Of a DNA stretch of 64,000 bases, positions 1-22,200 are shown in pieces. The notes below the pieces were generated by a model. The model saw nothing but the letters and a program-made list of their open reading frames with translations. It had not been told where the DNA came from and did not search any database. Source of the DNA: Mizuhopecten yessoensis (lineage: Eukaryota); NCBI RefSeq assembly GCF_002113885.1, contig NW_018408710.1:553902-617901 (forward strand), in the 5' to 3' direction. Both the position numbers and the translations under genes were made by a program. Each line of letters starts with the position of its first letter. Position 1 is the stretch's first letter.

Positions 1-8754
<8,754 letters not shown>

Positions 8755-9439
8755 ACTGCGACTAAATTCAAATGAAAATGCAAATAACATTATGAAGTGG
8801 TCTCAAATAATACTGTTTATCAACCAAATCTATGGGTCATTTCAATTATCACTTTCTTTGAGTTTACTTTTCTGCTACCTGGTATGGTCTACAAGGTTTC
8901 ATCAGTACAAAGCTTAACAAAGTTAAAGGCCTTTCAAAAATAAATTCTGTTCCCTATCTTATACATTTGTACATCTCAATTGATTCCCCTCAAACTCTTC
9001 TGTATTAGGTAGATAGTTGTAATTTCCTTATTCTTTCTCTGAATATTCTACGTCATCCATCCCTCGTAGATATACTGTGTTGTGTGGCGAGTAGATATAC
9101 TGTGTTGTGTGGCGACATCGTACACTTTCTAACTTGTCTGTACTTTACATGGTATGGTGATTATATTGATCTAACCTATTCCAAATGGTTTTGTCTTCAC
9201 AACGCTAAGGAAGATGGTATCCAAAGATGGTGGTGCCATTTAAAGTCAACATTCAAGCATACAGCATGACATCAAGCACTGAGTTGGCCAATTCTACCAT
9301 TTTGCTTCTAGTATATGGTCCTCAGAATGTGAGAAATCAATAACTCCGGATCCAATGCCTTTTTCTTGATTGATGTAACCAATACATTTCCTTGTATCTG
9401 AATCTGAAAAGATACATCGCTGGAATCTAATTCCTGGCA

Positions 9440-9690
9440 TTAACCCGATGGATGAGAGAGACTGCAGCTACTTGGTGGTCCAATCTCTAGTTGATTTACA
9501 TTCCCTAATTGTTTGTACAAAGAAGCTGTCTGTTCTCTTTCCCTGGACTTGTTCGCCCCACAGATGAAACCTGCTGCTCCCTTCTGGATCCATTCCAGTT
9601 TTAAGATGTCTGATTTTAAGTAGGGGTCCCATATGATCACACTATATGTAGACCTAACAAGTGATACATAAGCATTTGGTATGATTTAGA
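9440..9690 (-). mobile_element. Second, older LINE RT C-terminal fragment
   Basis: IIWDPYLKSDILKLEWIQKGAAGFI resembles the VWDPY...LEQVQRRAARFI segment of the element at 10180-11095. Confidence 0.7.
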
Positions 9691-10179
9691 GCCTACTAGC
9701 AGTGATGTGCTGAAATTGGTTTAAAATCATAATCCTTAAATTGATAATTGGAAGTAGTAATCCGATCGATAGCATAATCGGTATATAATCTTTTGGGACT
9801 GAATACCCAAATGAAGTGATAACACTACTACAACAGCAATAGACATAGTTGTTCACTAAACATTCTGTATCTGTAGTTATACGGCGCAGGGTCCCTCAGG
9901 ACATGTATCCCGTCGGTGGAGGAGTGCAAGGTAATCTAGTAGTTCTGAAGGGGGAGGGTTCCTTTGAAACTCTCCACCGTGGTACTATGCATGGGGAAAT
10001 CGGTCAGATGTTTCCAGTCAATAGGAGTGTTATTGAGTTTTTAAATTGTTCTGTTTTACAGTTCTGGGCTTTGAAACATTTAAGAGAACTTTATTATAGG
10101 TGTAATTTTCAACAGTATTATTATAATGATAGTCACTAAAATCCTGCAGACGAATTTTACGTTAATTTCCGGCAACTGG

Positions 10180-11095
10180 TGTCAGGAACTAATGCGAAGG
10201 TAAGGTGGCACCACACCCTCGACCACTATATAGAACATAAACAGGCGAAGCAAACGACGTCCTTCTGCTAGTGGGGACAGGCCTGCGTCTCTTAACATTT
10301 TGGTCATGCATCCTTCTTCTCGTGAATGAAAGTCTCCGGAGATAAACCTTGCTGCCCTCCTTTGCACTTGCTCGAGTCTGTTTATGTCTTGATGTACGTA
10401 GGGGTCCCAGACAACTGATCCGTACTCAAGGATGGACCTAACAAGGCACAAGTAGGCTGTTCTACGACATTCAGTTGGGCAACGTTTGAGGGGTCTGGTG
10501 ATAAAACCGAGCGAGCAATTCGCTTTGTTGACGGTTTTGTTGATGTTGGAGTTCCATTTCAGATTATCAGATATGGTGATACCAAGGTAAGGTCTTTCGG
10601 AAGTCTGTTGTAAGATGTGTTAAATTCACCTAGTTTGCAAAACTGAGGTTTCTTGCGGTCTATATGCAGAACGGTACACTTCTTAGCATTAAATGACATC
10701 CCCCATGCTTCAGCCCATTTTTCCAATTTAATGAGATCTTCTTGTAATTTGGTGGTGTCCCGGGGTGTTCTTATCTTCCAGTAAAGGAGGCGGTCGTCTG
10801 CAAATAGACGTACTTGTGAGGATACTGAATCAGGTAGATCGTTTATATGGCAGAGAAAAAGCAGGGGGCCAAGTTCTGTTCCCTGCGGAACTCCGGATAA
10901 TACTGATGATCTCTGAGAGTGTTCACCATCAACGACTACTCTCATGTCACAGTCACACAAAAAGGATGTCAGCCATTGATGGACAGGTCCGGGATCCATC
11001 AATACCGTAATTCCTCATCTTGAAAAGCATCTCTCTGTGGGGCACGGTGTCGAAGGCTTTCGAGAAGTCTAAGACTATGAAGTCCGTTTGGCGTG
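10180..11095 (-). mobile_element. Degraded non-LTR retrotransposon reverse transcriptase (CR1/L2-like), 5'-truncated and frameshifted
   Basis: Minus-strand QTDFIVLDFSKAFDTVPH, SGVPQGTELGPLLFLCHINDLP, VRLFADD, WAEAWGMSFNAKKC and LVRSILEYGSVVWDPY...LEQVQRRAARF, split over frames. Confidence 0.9.
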
Positions 11096-11516
11096 CCTGA
11101 ATAATCATGGTTCTTTAGGAGTTCATGCATATACATTAGTATATTATGCAACTACTAACAATATTGATCTTGTTTAGACTTTCAGTCGCTAGGTACATAA
11201 ACATACCAAGCGACTGGAAGTCGCACAATATTATTATTAGTGCCCCTTTTCATCCAAACATTGTCTCTCACCCGGCTCTGGATGCCTTTAAATTAGAGCT
11301 CTAGAAATTAAAAATTTAAATATTGCCTGCTGACTGTTCACGCCGTTGCATAATCACCATTTTTGATCTTGTAAATGGCCCAGTGAGTTGACCGGCGGAG
11401 ATCATGTGCGTCTTTACCAACTTCAATGTTATGAGCATTATTTCAGCTATCAATTAAAACGTCAATATCAAAAAAATCTAAACTAACTTAAAAATAAATT
11501 GCCAACGTATCTTTAC

Positions 11517-11605
11517 CTGTATGACAGTATCTAAATAAAGTTGTGGAGATAATTTCACTGTGTAAGCAATAATCCTTTTTTCGTCGTGCAATCTTCAACC
11601 GGAAA
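11517..11605 (-). promoter_or_regulatory. Probable RTCB non-coding first exon / promoter
   Basis: The RTCB ATG exon has an acceptor just upstream (AG at 8763-8762), so an upstream exon is implied. A CAG|GTAAAG donor lies at 11516-11515 and an ETS-type CCGGAA at about 11599-11604. Inferred, no transcript data. Confidence 0.5.
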
Positions 11606-11665
11606 TAGAGCTTTTATATGTAAGCACAAAAGACGGAAAACGAATGACGGATTTCGGAACACCTA

Positions 11666-12452
11666 GGGTACATTCGCGTATCCGGTTGAAACGGTTGAAC
11701 CGGTTGAACATGTAAAGAAAACGACAGGTACAGATTTGGACCAAGGCGGGCCTCAGGAAAATTTGGTACGTGTAGATTGAGGGGTCCATACGGACCTGAC
11801 CGAAACTAAAATGCTGACTATTGCCAATTGGCGTATTTCTTTCTTAAACAATGTCAAGTTACATGTAATTTTTAAGAAACGTTATGTAATTTAGTGGACG
11901 CGTGGGAAAAGGGCATAATATTCTTGATACATTGTTTTTTATTCTCCGAAACTGTGGATTATTAGCTCTGCTTACAGAACGGTCCCATTGTGTTCGTTTA
12001 TCGTGGAAAATTTATGCGCCACACGTACCGTTTCAACCGGTAACACGAATGTAGCCCTAGGCTACATTCGCGTATCCGGTTCAAACGGTTGAACCGGTTG
12101 AACCTGTAAAGAAAACGACAGGTACAGATTTGGACCGAGGCTGACCTCAGGAAAATTTGATACGTGGAGATTGAGGGGTCCAGACGTACCTGGCCGAAAC
12201 TAAACTGCTGAATATTGCTAGTTAGCGTTATTTCTTTCTAAAACAATGTCAAGCCACATGTAGTTTTTAAGATACGATATGTAATTTAGTGGACGCGTGA
12301 GAGATGGGCATAATATTCTTGATACATTGTTTTTTATTCTCCGAAACTGTGGATTATTAGCTCTGCTTACAGAACGGTCCAATTGTGTTCGTTTATCGTG
12401 GAAAATTTCTGCGCCACACGTATCGTTTCAACCGGGATACGCGAATGTAGCC
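11666..12452. mobile_element. Head-to-tail dimer of an about 392-bp MITE (PIF/Harbinger-like)
   Basis: Copies at 11666-12056 and 12060-12452. TIRs GGCTACATTCGCGTATCCGGTT...AACCGG.ATACGCGAATGTAGCC. 3-bp flanks CTA / CTA / ATA are consistent with a shared target-site duplication. Superfamily is inferred. Confidence 0.85.
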
Positions 12453-13579
12453 ATATTTAACACTGAAACAAAATTCTTTGGTAATAGTGTGTCACGCTTG
12501 GAATCACACAGTAGGTTAGTGCTGGTAATGACTGTACGTTAACGTTTATGGCAACCGAGACACTCAAAAAATATAGAAAATATCGACTTCTTAACTGCAA
12601 AATATCCAAACATCAGAGACATTCATAAGGCTAAAAAAGGATCAGTGTGCGTCACCTTTGTGGACGAGACCACATGTAGGGACCTGAACATTTGTTACAG
12701 CTATATATTTGGACCTAAACTAAGGTGTTCAGAGTAATTTTACATGTTTTATGGGTTAAGATCGACTTTCGGTAAAAAAACAGCCCCCAATGATCATATA
12801 CATATGTATTCTTTTTTTTTATGTTCACCAAAAGAATATGTCGGTCGCGTTATGGTAAAATTAACTGGTTTTGAAGGCGGATGTCGCTCCTCTGCAATTT
12901 TCAAAGGACAGCTTTATTTACTTGAGACCAATCAAATACATGTAGCTTCCCTTCAATTTTCCAGGGGTGCAGAGAGCGACAGTGAGCGTAACCCTTAGAT
13001 TATCTAGGGTGGTTAATTATATTACTGTTATACTAGTGCTAACAAAGTGGTTGATTCTTTGTTCATTACATTGCTCAATACATTTTCTATAGTATAGACT
13101 TGCCTTAATAATTTCGTTGTGCATTTAGAAGTAAGGGTAGTTTTGAATGGCTAATAAAGAAGGCAATAGAGGTTCCATCACACGAAACGCTCTCTCTTAC
13201 TCTGACGGTCCACATCTGAAAAGGTAAACAGTGACCAAGCTGAATAAGTTTGGGCCTAGCTGCATAAGTTAGCTAGGGTTCCACTGTACTCCTTTACGAT
13301 TAATTGTCCACATAAACTGTATCACTGTGTAGTGTTCATAGTCACATAGTATCACAGTCCAGGGCGATGTACTGTTGATTATAGAGGGACAGGTACCAAG
13401 ACACAGGTTTTACCAAGACTTCAGGATTTACCAAGGCATAGTGTCTAGGGTGATATGGTCAAAAATAAGTCAAGGTAAAGGTTGTCAATGTGTGTCGTGG
13501 TAAAGGGTGTACACAGTCATGGGTGTCGCAGTTTGGGTCTATTTACTGTTGATACAGGATGCCACGATGGCTGGTTTTG

Positions 13580-13680
13580 GCCATGTCGCGTTGTAGCATT
13601 GGCGGGCGCGACAACGCGACAAAATGTACGCGACAGTGCGACAAAATAACGCGACAGTGCGACAGAAGTAAATGTCGTTG
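13580..13680. repeat. Short GCGACA-based repeat cluster
   Basis: Repeated (C/T)GCGACA words preceded by the inverted TGTCGCG. Probably a transposon sub-terminal remnant. Confidence 0.5.
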
Positions 13681-13767
13681 GTAAAATTGTATGCAATAAC
13701 TAGTCACTTATAGACGAGGATATATGTATATACAGGAAGTAAAACCCCTAAAACTATAATACTTATC

Positions 13768-14895
13768 TTTTCTTTTTATTGTAATTTGTTTTATATAGTC
13801 GGAGATATTGTTCTATAAAGCCGGTTACTGACCGAGTTGGAGCTGAAGTAACACCGTTCCTCGCGGGTATAGGTCGTTTGAACACATCTAACGCAGTCGA
13901 TGACCCTTATGCTAAACATTGTTGCAGTTATTATGCGGAAATAGGAATTTACTAGTATTATACTTAAATTCATGTACCATGGTTGATCTCGAAATAAGTA
14001 TCCGTTTATATTTATGTGCATGTATATGCTCCTTTCATCCCTGACTGTAAGCAGTCCTAGAATGAGAAAACAGTTGCTAGTTGCAGTATTTACATATGCA
14101 TATGTTTGTATATATACATATATTTTGTATGTATTTTGTAAAATCGATTTCATTTAAGGAATGATTTTTATTTTAATGGGTTTATGGACATATTGAATGA
14201 ATCGCGTTAGCGATTCATGTAAAATATGTCCAAAACCCCATTGTTGTTATGACCTCATAAATGTTGAAAAAATAAATATAATTCCTTACATTTACATTGA
14301 CGAATCCTTTCAGTGGATCGATATAACAACGAATAAAACAAATAAACAGGGTTTGTTCCTGCTTATACACGGGTGCAACGCAGTGGCGAGAACAGTGTTT
14401 TTTCGCGGGGAAATGTGACACTATCGTGAGAGATCTTAGCAACCGTCAACAACAATAACACAACAAAATGTAGTTCCATATTCAATGTTTATTTGTAGCA
14501 CAGGACACGTGAATACGTGGATATTTCACAAAGCACAGTTCAATAATATTTTAAGATGTAAGAATTAAGCATCTAGGTCGGTCGTTCCGAGTGAGTAGTT
14601 TTTGTAGTGTGTTACTACGCAGTGTGATCAGGTTATTATCAGTTCCCACGTGCTGAGATTCTATGAACACCTGTGTTATGCATTTATGAATGTAATTTTT
14701 GTCAATGGGTCTAAGCATACAGAATGTAAATATTTCCGAATAATGGGATCAGTGTACCACTTTCTAACAATAGTTTGGCCATTTGCGCATTCCTTAACCT
14801 CACTGCAGTAAATATATATTTTCGCCCCTGCTTGGTTACCCGCTTTATAAAACAATATCTCCGACTATATAAAACAAATTACAATAAAAAGAAAA
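13768..14895. mobile_element. About 1.1-kb non-coding element with about 55-60-bp terminal inverted repeats
   Basis: TTTTCTTTTTATTGTAATTTGTTTTATATAGTCGGAGATATTGTTCTATAAAGC at 13768 is the near-perfect reverse complement of 14842-14895. No transposase ORF inside. Confidence 0.75.
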
Positions 14896-15066
14896 TGAAA
14901 TAGTCATAGAAGATGACATAATTGTAATGACATGCATCATTCGGCATACTGTATCAATAAATTTCAGAAAGACCGTCTTACCTGGTACATGAATGCAGCG
15001 TTACAAGAGTACAATAATAATGACGAAAGAACAACGTTCCTACATCTCCTTAAAACGCGTATCCAG

Positions 15067-15312
15067 GGCCCGTATTCATGAAACCATTCTCATGCTCAAG
15101 CCTGGATTTTGTGCTCAAGCCTAACTTATTGTTACAGTTATTTTGTCAAAGTTTTGGGAAAATATTGAAGAGACTTGAAGCCAAATAATGTTTTCAATAT
15201 TTACAATTGATTTTTAATTTGATCGTTGACATGCTTTAGGTGAGTTACAAGAAAGCTGGTTTGAGCACAAAAGCCATGCTTGAGCATGAGAACGGTTTCA
15301 TGAATACGGGTC
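15067..15312. mobile_element. MITE, Harbinger-like
   Basis: TIR GGCCCGTATTCATGAAACCATTCTCATGCTCAAGC ... GCTTGAGCATGAGAACGGTTTCATGAATACGGGTC, flanked by CAG / CGG. Confidence 0.8.
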
Positions 15313-16280
15313 CGGGGAGGAAAATCTTTTTCGTAAGCTTCACAAAAAATAGAATAAATAAATATATTGGTTTAAATGATACTCTCTCTCGTAAGGAAAG
15401 CTTTATTGAAACGGCACATAGATGTACCTAAAAGAACTCAACAGTCCTTGAAAATCATGCAAAGAGGACGAAAGGTATTTGGCAGATTGATATTTGATAA
15501 GTGATACACAAAAATGGCTGCTAAATACAAACTTTAACCCCTGGCTGACCTTAATTGTTAACATATGGACACTGTGTGGTGAACCAGAAGTGGAGCTCCA
15601 TCTTATCGTAATTAATGCTGTATATATTAATTCCTTAATCCTCCCATCAGAATTCAATTGATACCAGAGCCTTTGGTAACTACATGTAATCATGTTTACA
15701 GCCATCAAAGTTAAAAAAGTTATAATATAAACAAGATATCTTATAAACACGTGGTATCTCATAAAAAATGACACATATATCAGATGTTTTTCAAAAGATA
15801 TCTTATATAATCCTATTTATCAGTTTGGCAATTTTCTTATGCTAAGTTGGCTTGTTATAGAACGTGTTTCTTTTGATAGAATATCATTTTTTTTTTTTTG
15901 TTCCGTTATATAATGGTCAAATAGTGCCGCTAGGCAATTTTTTCATACAAAGGATTTGTCAGATATTTTGGTCAAGAGCACAACTGTAGTATTGCTCTTA
16001 TCGGGATGAGAAAGAAGCCATATGGAATCACACGACTTGAAAATGGAATTTCAATGATGATGTCCTTCAGATAGCGACGTGCGACCTATTTATAATTGTT
16101 TACTGTTTAAGGCAAGTTATAAACTTTGATATGACAATCTAATCGGGCAGGTCTTATCTTTGAACTTGGAAGACACATATTGTGGCATTTCAATTATTCA
16201 CAGTGGAGGGATAAAGAACCGAAAGTTTTAAATTAGGCAACTAAAACCGTTTTACTAGGCAGCTAACAGTTAATTGAAAT

Positions 16281-19200
16281 ATGAAACTTTCTGTGCGTGT
16301 ACACGGGGACTGGTTCGCCGTTCCCTGTAAGGGATCAGAAAAGGTGAATTGGCTTGGGGAGGAATCCTTGCGTCGTTACTACAAATCCAAGTGTAACACC
16401 GGCCACGCCGAAGAAACAGTATTCGAAGTACGAAAAGCCAAGGGTGGAGCCATTTTGGATCCTGACGACTCAATCCGTGATGTTCTCGACGACAGTGACT
16501 TTGTTACAATTGGTAAGTACTATAAGTACGTATTACGTATAACCAGAGCTATTTTCTCGGACCCTGATATTCCTGTGATAGAGTAATTGTGAATTTAGGT
16601 CGACAGTTAACATTTCTTATAAAATCTCTCTTAATACATTGAAACTTCGAAACTGCGTACTCTGCCTTGCCATTTGTTTTATATTTCTAAAAAATCGCTA
16701 AATAACGCGCTGAATCAAAACTGTAAACGGTTCGTGTTTGTTCGTGTTGTTCATTCTTAATAATACATACACCATTACTTATCACGTTTCTATGGTTGGT
16801 TGGGTATATTGATACAGTATATTATTTTACATTCCTAACAAGAATAAGGCTCTACATATGTGTAATATGTGATTTTTTTTTATCTATTCACGCAGTGATC
16901 TCGTCGTACGCGAAGAAATTCATAATGCTACAGATTTAGAATAATCTTTAATAAGTTTTCGTCCGATTAAAGCAAAGATTTTCATTTTATTGCTCTATGC
17001 TATCAATCAATGGTCTATCATCATCTCTTTAGAACTCAATTTGTACCTACATGCATTCGTGTTTACAGTCCTTGAAAGTGACATGTCGAGCCCCGCCACA
17101 GGACCTGCTGAACCCGTCTATTGGGAGGAGAAAATGTATCCTTTTGAAAAAGAATATATGACATAACGTCAGCAAAATAGTTAAGAAAATCTGGGACGGA
17201 GGAGATACCAAAAAAAAAGGAAAGACATCATGAACCCTTACAGCAAGATGGAGGAGAAACCATGCGCTTCGAGAATTTTCATATTGTATATTGCACTACA
17301 ACCGTCATAGGACACTGCATGTGGCACCCTTCATATGACACTATATGTGGCACCCGCCATATGACACTATATGTGGCACCCGTCATTGGGCACTATATGT
17401 GGCACCCGTCATAGGACACTGCATGTGGTACCCGTCATTGGGCACTATATGTGGTACCCGTCATTGGACACTATATGTCGCACCCGTCATTGGGCATTAT
17501 ATGTGGTACCCGTCCTTGGGCACTATATGTGGCTCCCGTCATTGGGCACTATATGTAGTACCCGTCATTGGGCACTATATGTGGTACCCGTCATTGGGCA
17601 CTATATGTGGCTCCCGTCATTGGGCACTATATGTAGTACCCGTCATTGGGCACTACATGTGATACCCGTCATTGGGCACTATATGTGGTACCCGTCATTG
17701 GGCACTACATGTGGTACCCGTCATTGGACACTATATGTGGTACCCGTCATTGGACACTATATGTGGCACCCGTCATTGGACACTATATGTCGCACCCGTC
17801 ATTGGGCATTATATGTGGTACCCGTCATTGGGCACTATATGTGGCTCCCGTCATTGGGCACTACATGTGATACCCGTCATAGAATACTGCATTTGGCACC
17901 CGTCATATGACAATATATTTAGCACCCGTCATAGGACACTACACTGGCACCCGTCATAGGACATTATATGTGGCACCCGTCATTGGGCACTAAATGTGGC
18001 ATCCGTCATTAGGCACTATATGTGGCACCCGTCATAGAACACTACATGTGGAACCCGTCATTGGGCACTATATGTGGTACCCGTCATTGGGCACTACATG
18101 TGACACACGTCATAGGACACTGCATGTGGCACCCGTCATTGGACACTATATGTGGCAACCGTCATTGGACACTATATGTGACACCCGTCATTGGACACTA
18201 TATGTGGCACCCGTCATTAGACACTATATGTGGCACCCGTCATAGCACACCATATTTTGCACCCGTCATAGGACACTACATGTGGGACCCATCATAGTAC
18301 ACTACATATGTGGCACCCGTCATTGGGCACTATATGTGGCACCCGTCATTAGGCAATATATGTGGCACCCGTCATAGGACACTACAAGTGGCACCTGTCA
18401 TTGGACACTACAAGTGGCACTCGCCATAGGGCACTTGTTATTTGATTTCTGTTCTCAAAACCAGGAGAGTATCAAATAATAACGGTAACAAACGACCTCA
18501 AACATGTCTTTGATATTGGCAGTGACTTACTCCAATATGTCTATATAAAAACTGTATAGTACAACACTAGTCGGTCACAGCTGCATAACGTTAAGTCATC
18601 AAAGGCCGTGCTTTAAACTTCTTCGGCAGAATGTTTGCAAGTTTATAATCTTGCCAATTATCATGATATTGAAAATGCCTACTTACACCACACAACCACT
18701 TTTTAACATGCATTTACTTTGTAATTATATCTTATTTGTATTTCCGGATGTTTTTAAATGTAATGTCCAACTACATCATAGTCGATATTTCAGTGATTGT
18801 TTTCTATGACCGAAACACAGACCAAAGGAAAGTGTCCAAGTTGCTAAGGAAGTAAGTTACACTGTCATTGTTTTACAAACATCATTATCTATGTGTAGAT
18901 TACATGTTTGCACATTTGAGGACACCATGACAAATTCTCCTAATTTTGTTGGCGTCTTTAAATAAACGTTTTGAATTATCTTAAGGTCATGTCCAAATGC
19001 ACTTTTGAATGAACATGACAGAAAACAGAAACAGAAGTCTATGGGAGACATTGAGACCCATCAATTTGAATAGTAAATACTAATTTTTCCTTCGACAAAC
19101 ATATTTCCGTATTCCTTTTGATACATCTGAAAGTGAAACCATACCTTTATGACCGACAATGTACTTACTCCACAAATAGGTATCCATCTAGTTTTTTTTA

Positions 19201-22200
19201 AAAGGAGTTAGAGCCACATGTTTTATTTTAAATATGATTTTCAGGGACCATATAGGCTATGGCTATCGAATGTCTGGCAAGTATCATCATAAAGACCCCT
19301 AAACAACATTTCTGTCCAAAACAAACCCCAAAGGTTGAGCAAGAACGGTGTTAAGTACAATAATGTAGTTTATTAGCTTTTGTAAAACATTTACATTTTG
19401 CCCTGTAGGTGATGTCATTGGATGGTAACAGCTTGTCCACAGACGATTTGGTCAGACTGGGGAAGGGCTACTACAGCATCAAGGTACAGCACCATACATA
19501 CTGACGTAAAGGCATATACATAATAGTGTGTGTTTGGTCCACCTCAGTCATGCATTATGAGTTGTTGAATCATATACACTGCACCGTCTATCTTGGAAGA
19601 TGAACAAGCATTACATTTCTCTCACATTATGTTCACCATAACTGGAGTAATTCATCAACATGTCATCAAACGCGGACTTTATAGAAATACAAAATTCATA
19701 ATGGTACATGTGCATATTAAATTGTACTTGTTATTGAAGCTGACGGTTGAGTCTGAACAGAAGGTCAACAAAGCCAGAAAGCTTTTAGAGGATATCATTA
19801 GTTCCAATAAAGGTAAGTCGAATAAAAGTTAAGGTATGAAAGGCTTCAAAACTACAAATAAGATGGATATATCTGTATACCTGATATCCTAATGTGCATT
19901 TGAATAAACACTTTTTGAAAAAAATGACTTAGTATTTAAAAGTTTTATTAGTGATATGGAAAAAAACACATCAAAGGTTAAATAAAAACAAAATAGTACA
20001 TTTCAAAGAATGACCTTACAATTCACGATTATTATCATGCTCAACGGCCCATCAACACAAGAGAGGTTAAAAGGGCTAATACACAAATACAATTTTATGT
20101 TAATTGTCTTTCCTGTTTTTTATTTATAGTTGTGTACGGCATTACTACTGGGTTTGGAAAATTCGCTAACACAATCATTGAAAGGTCAAAACTGATGTAA
20201 GTATGCATCTTAATGTCGTGTTAGTATATTATAGCTATAGTACTATACTGATTCTAATAAGGCAACTCCCATAAACATACCTAACATGTTATTGTATCTG
20301 TACATTATAACATAAATCAGTCACTGTTTTTTGTTAAATTGATTTTCTCAATATTTTAGAGAACTGCAGGAAAATCTTATTCGCTCTCACGCTGCTGGTG
20401 AGTATGCTGTTCGGTAATACAATATATTTCATCGACGTAATAGCTTATTTGATTTTTTTTCTCACTTTTTATGATAGTTAGATTAAGCAGTAGAAATCAT
20501 TTCAAGAAGGTCCGAAATTTTGCGGTTAATTACTTTATATTTTAAGGATTTCAATAGTAAAATACTTATAATATACTGTTCTAGTGTCTGCTTACAATTA
20601 CCTTTTTGAGACTTTGGGATGTTCAGGTAATATTCATCGGGTAAATAAATCATTTTTTATACATATCTAGACCGCTTATTGTATCTTACGCTCAAAGTCA
20701 AAGACACGTTTACGCTCATCGGCAAAAGTGATTATTAGACCAAAACGTAATTCAGTGGAGATTCTGCTCCATTTTATTTTTATTTTGAATCAATAGAACA
20801 TAGAATTTCTGTGGGTTTGGGGTTAATGGCATACATTCTTTATCATATTATCATAGTAATTTCATTACAAAACTTTCTTTCATACCATGTGTCAATTTGG
20901 TTATTTTTTTATTGGTCCACTAACCTGTGTTTTTTCTCAGGTGTTGGTCCCCCGCTCACCCCGGAGAGAACTCGCATGGTCTTAGCCCTAAGGATCAATG
21001 TGTTAGCGAAGGGTTTCAGTGGCATCTCCATGGACACATTGCAAAAATACATTGCTGCTTTTAACGGTAGGATTTCACACCTTGTAATTTTTACACCCAT
21101 TCTCTCAGAATGTTTGTGCGTTAAGTCGTTACGGTGTTAAACGCAATTAAGACCGTAAGACAGAGAATTTTGAATAAACGGAAGGTGTTTCAACAGAGAA
21201 AGCTCCGTAAACAAATTGTAGAAAAGGGATAGAGAGATAATTTACTGCAATAAGAACACCGGGATAGGTATTACAAAAAACTACCCATACTACAGATGGC
21301 ATATTTCATTAGCTGTCTTATACAATTATGCTATGGGATGTTAATTATAATTGCCAACCCTTCTTTCTGACAACATTTATTTGGCATTTGTTTTTAATAG
21401 ATATTGAGTCTATGATCAATTTCAATACACTGAGTTGTTGATACATTAGTTATCCAAATTTTAGCAAACCTGGATATAATGTAAAGTAAACGAGATGTGC
21501 TACATTTGGTTCAATTGTTTATACGTACCAATTCGCACTTGTAGCTTCCTGTTTGCCATTTGTGCCCGAAAAAGGGACAGTGGGTGCTAGTGGCGACCTT
21601 GCCCCATTGTCCCATCTCGCTCTCGGCATGATGGGGGAGGGCAAAATGTGGAGCCCAAAAAGTGGCTGGGCAGATGCAAAATATGTAAGTACATGAATAG
21701 AAAAGGAAATATTAGGACTACATGTAATGCAAGACCGAGCTATTCGCTTTTTTCCTTTATCGTGTTAACTTAAGGTAATATAAAGTAATATTAAAAACAA
21801 AACAGATACTACAATATTTCATGGAATTGCTAAGTTAAAGAAATTAACATAATGGATATTATTCTTTACAGGTTCTGGAATTCAACGGGTTAGAGCCTGT
21901 AAAATTAGGACCAAAGGAGGTAAGTATGATAGAATGTATAACCTTTCAGATAACAATTAATAACAGTAGAGATAAATTGAAGGTGTTTTTTTTTTTATTT
22001 TTTTTTATTGAATGTATAACATTTTAGCTAACAATTAATAACGGATAGAGATAAATTGAAGTTTTTTTTTTTTTTTTTTGGAAGGTACGTAACTAGTTAC
22101 ATTTTCCACCTTTTTGCGTCATTTGCGTACCTTGATTGATAGGGTTTTACTACCACCATGGTGTAGCACAACACGAGTTGCACGAGTTGATGGTTGGTTA

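Noticed and set aside
17345-18297. Cys/His/Trp-rich periodic ORFs resembling metal-binding repeats
   Set aside because: A 26-bp unit gives the same 26-aa peptide in all three frames; intronic minisatellite with frame-breaking indels.
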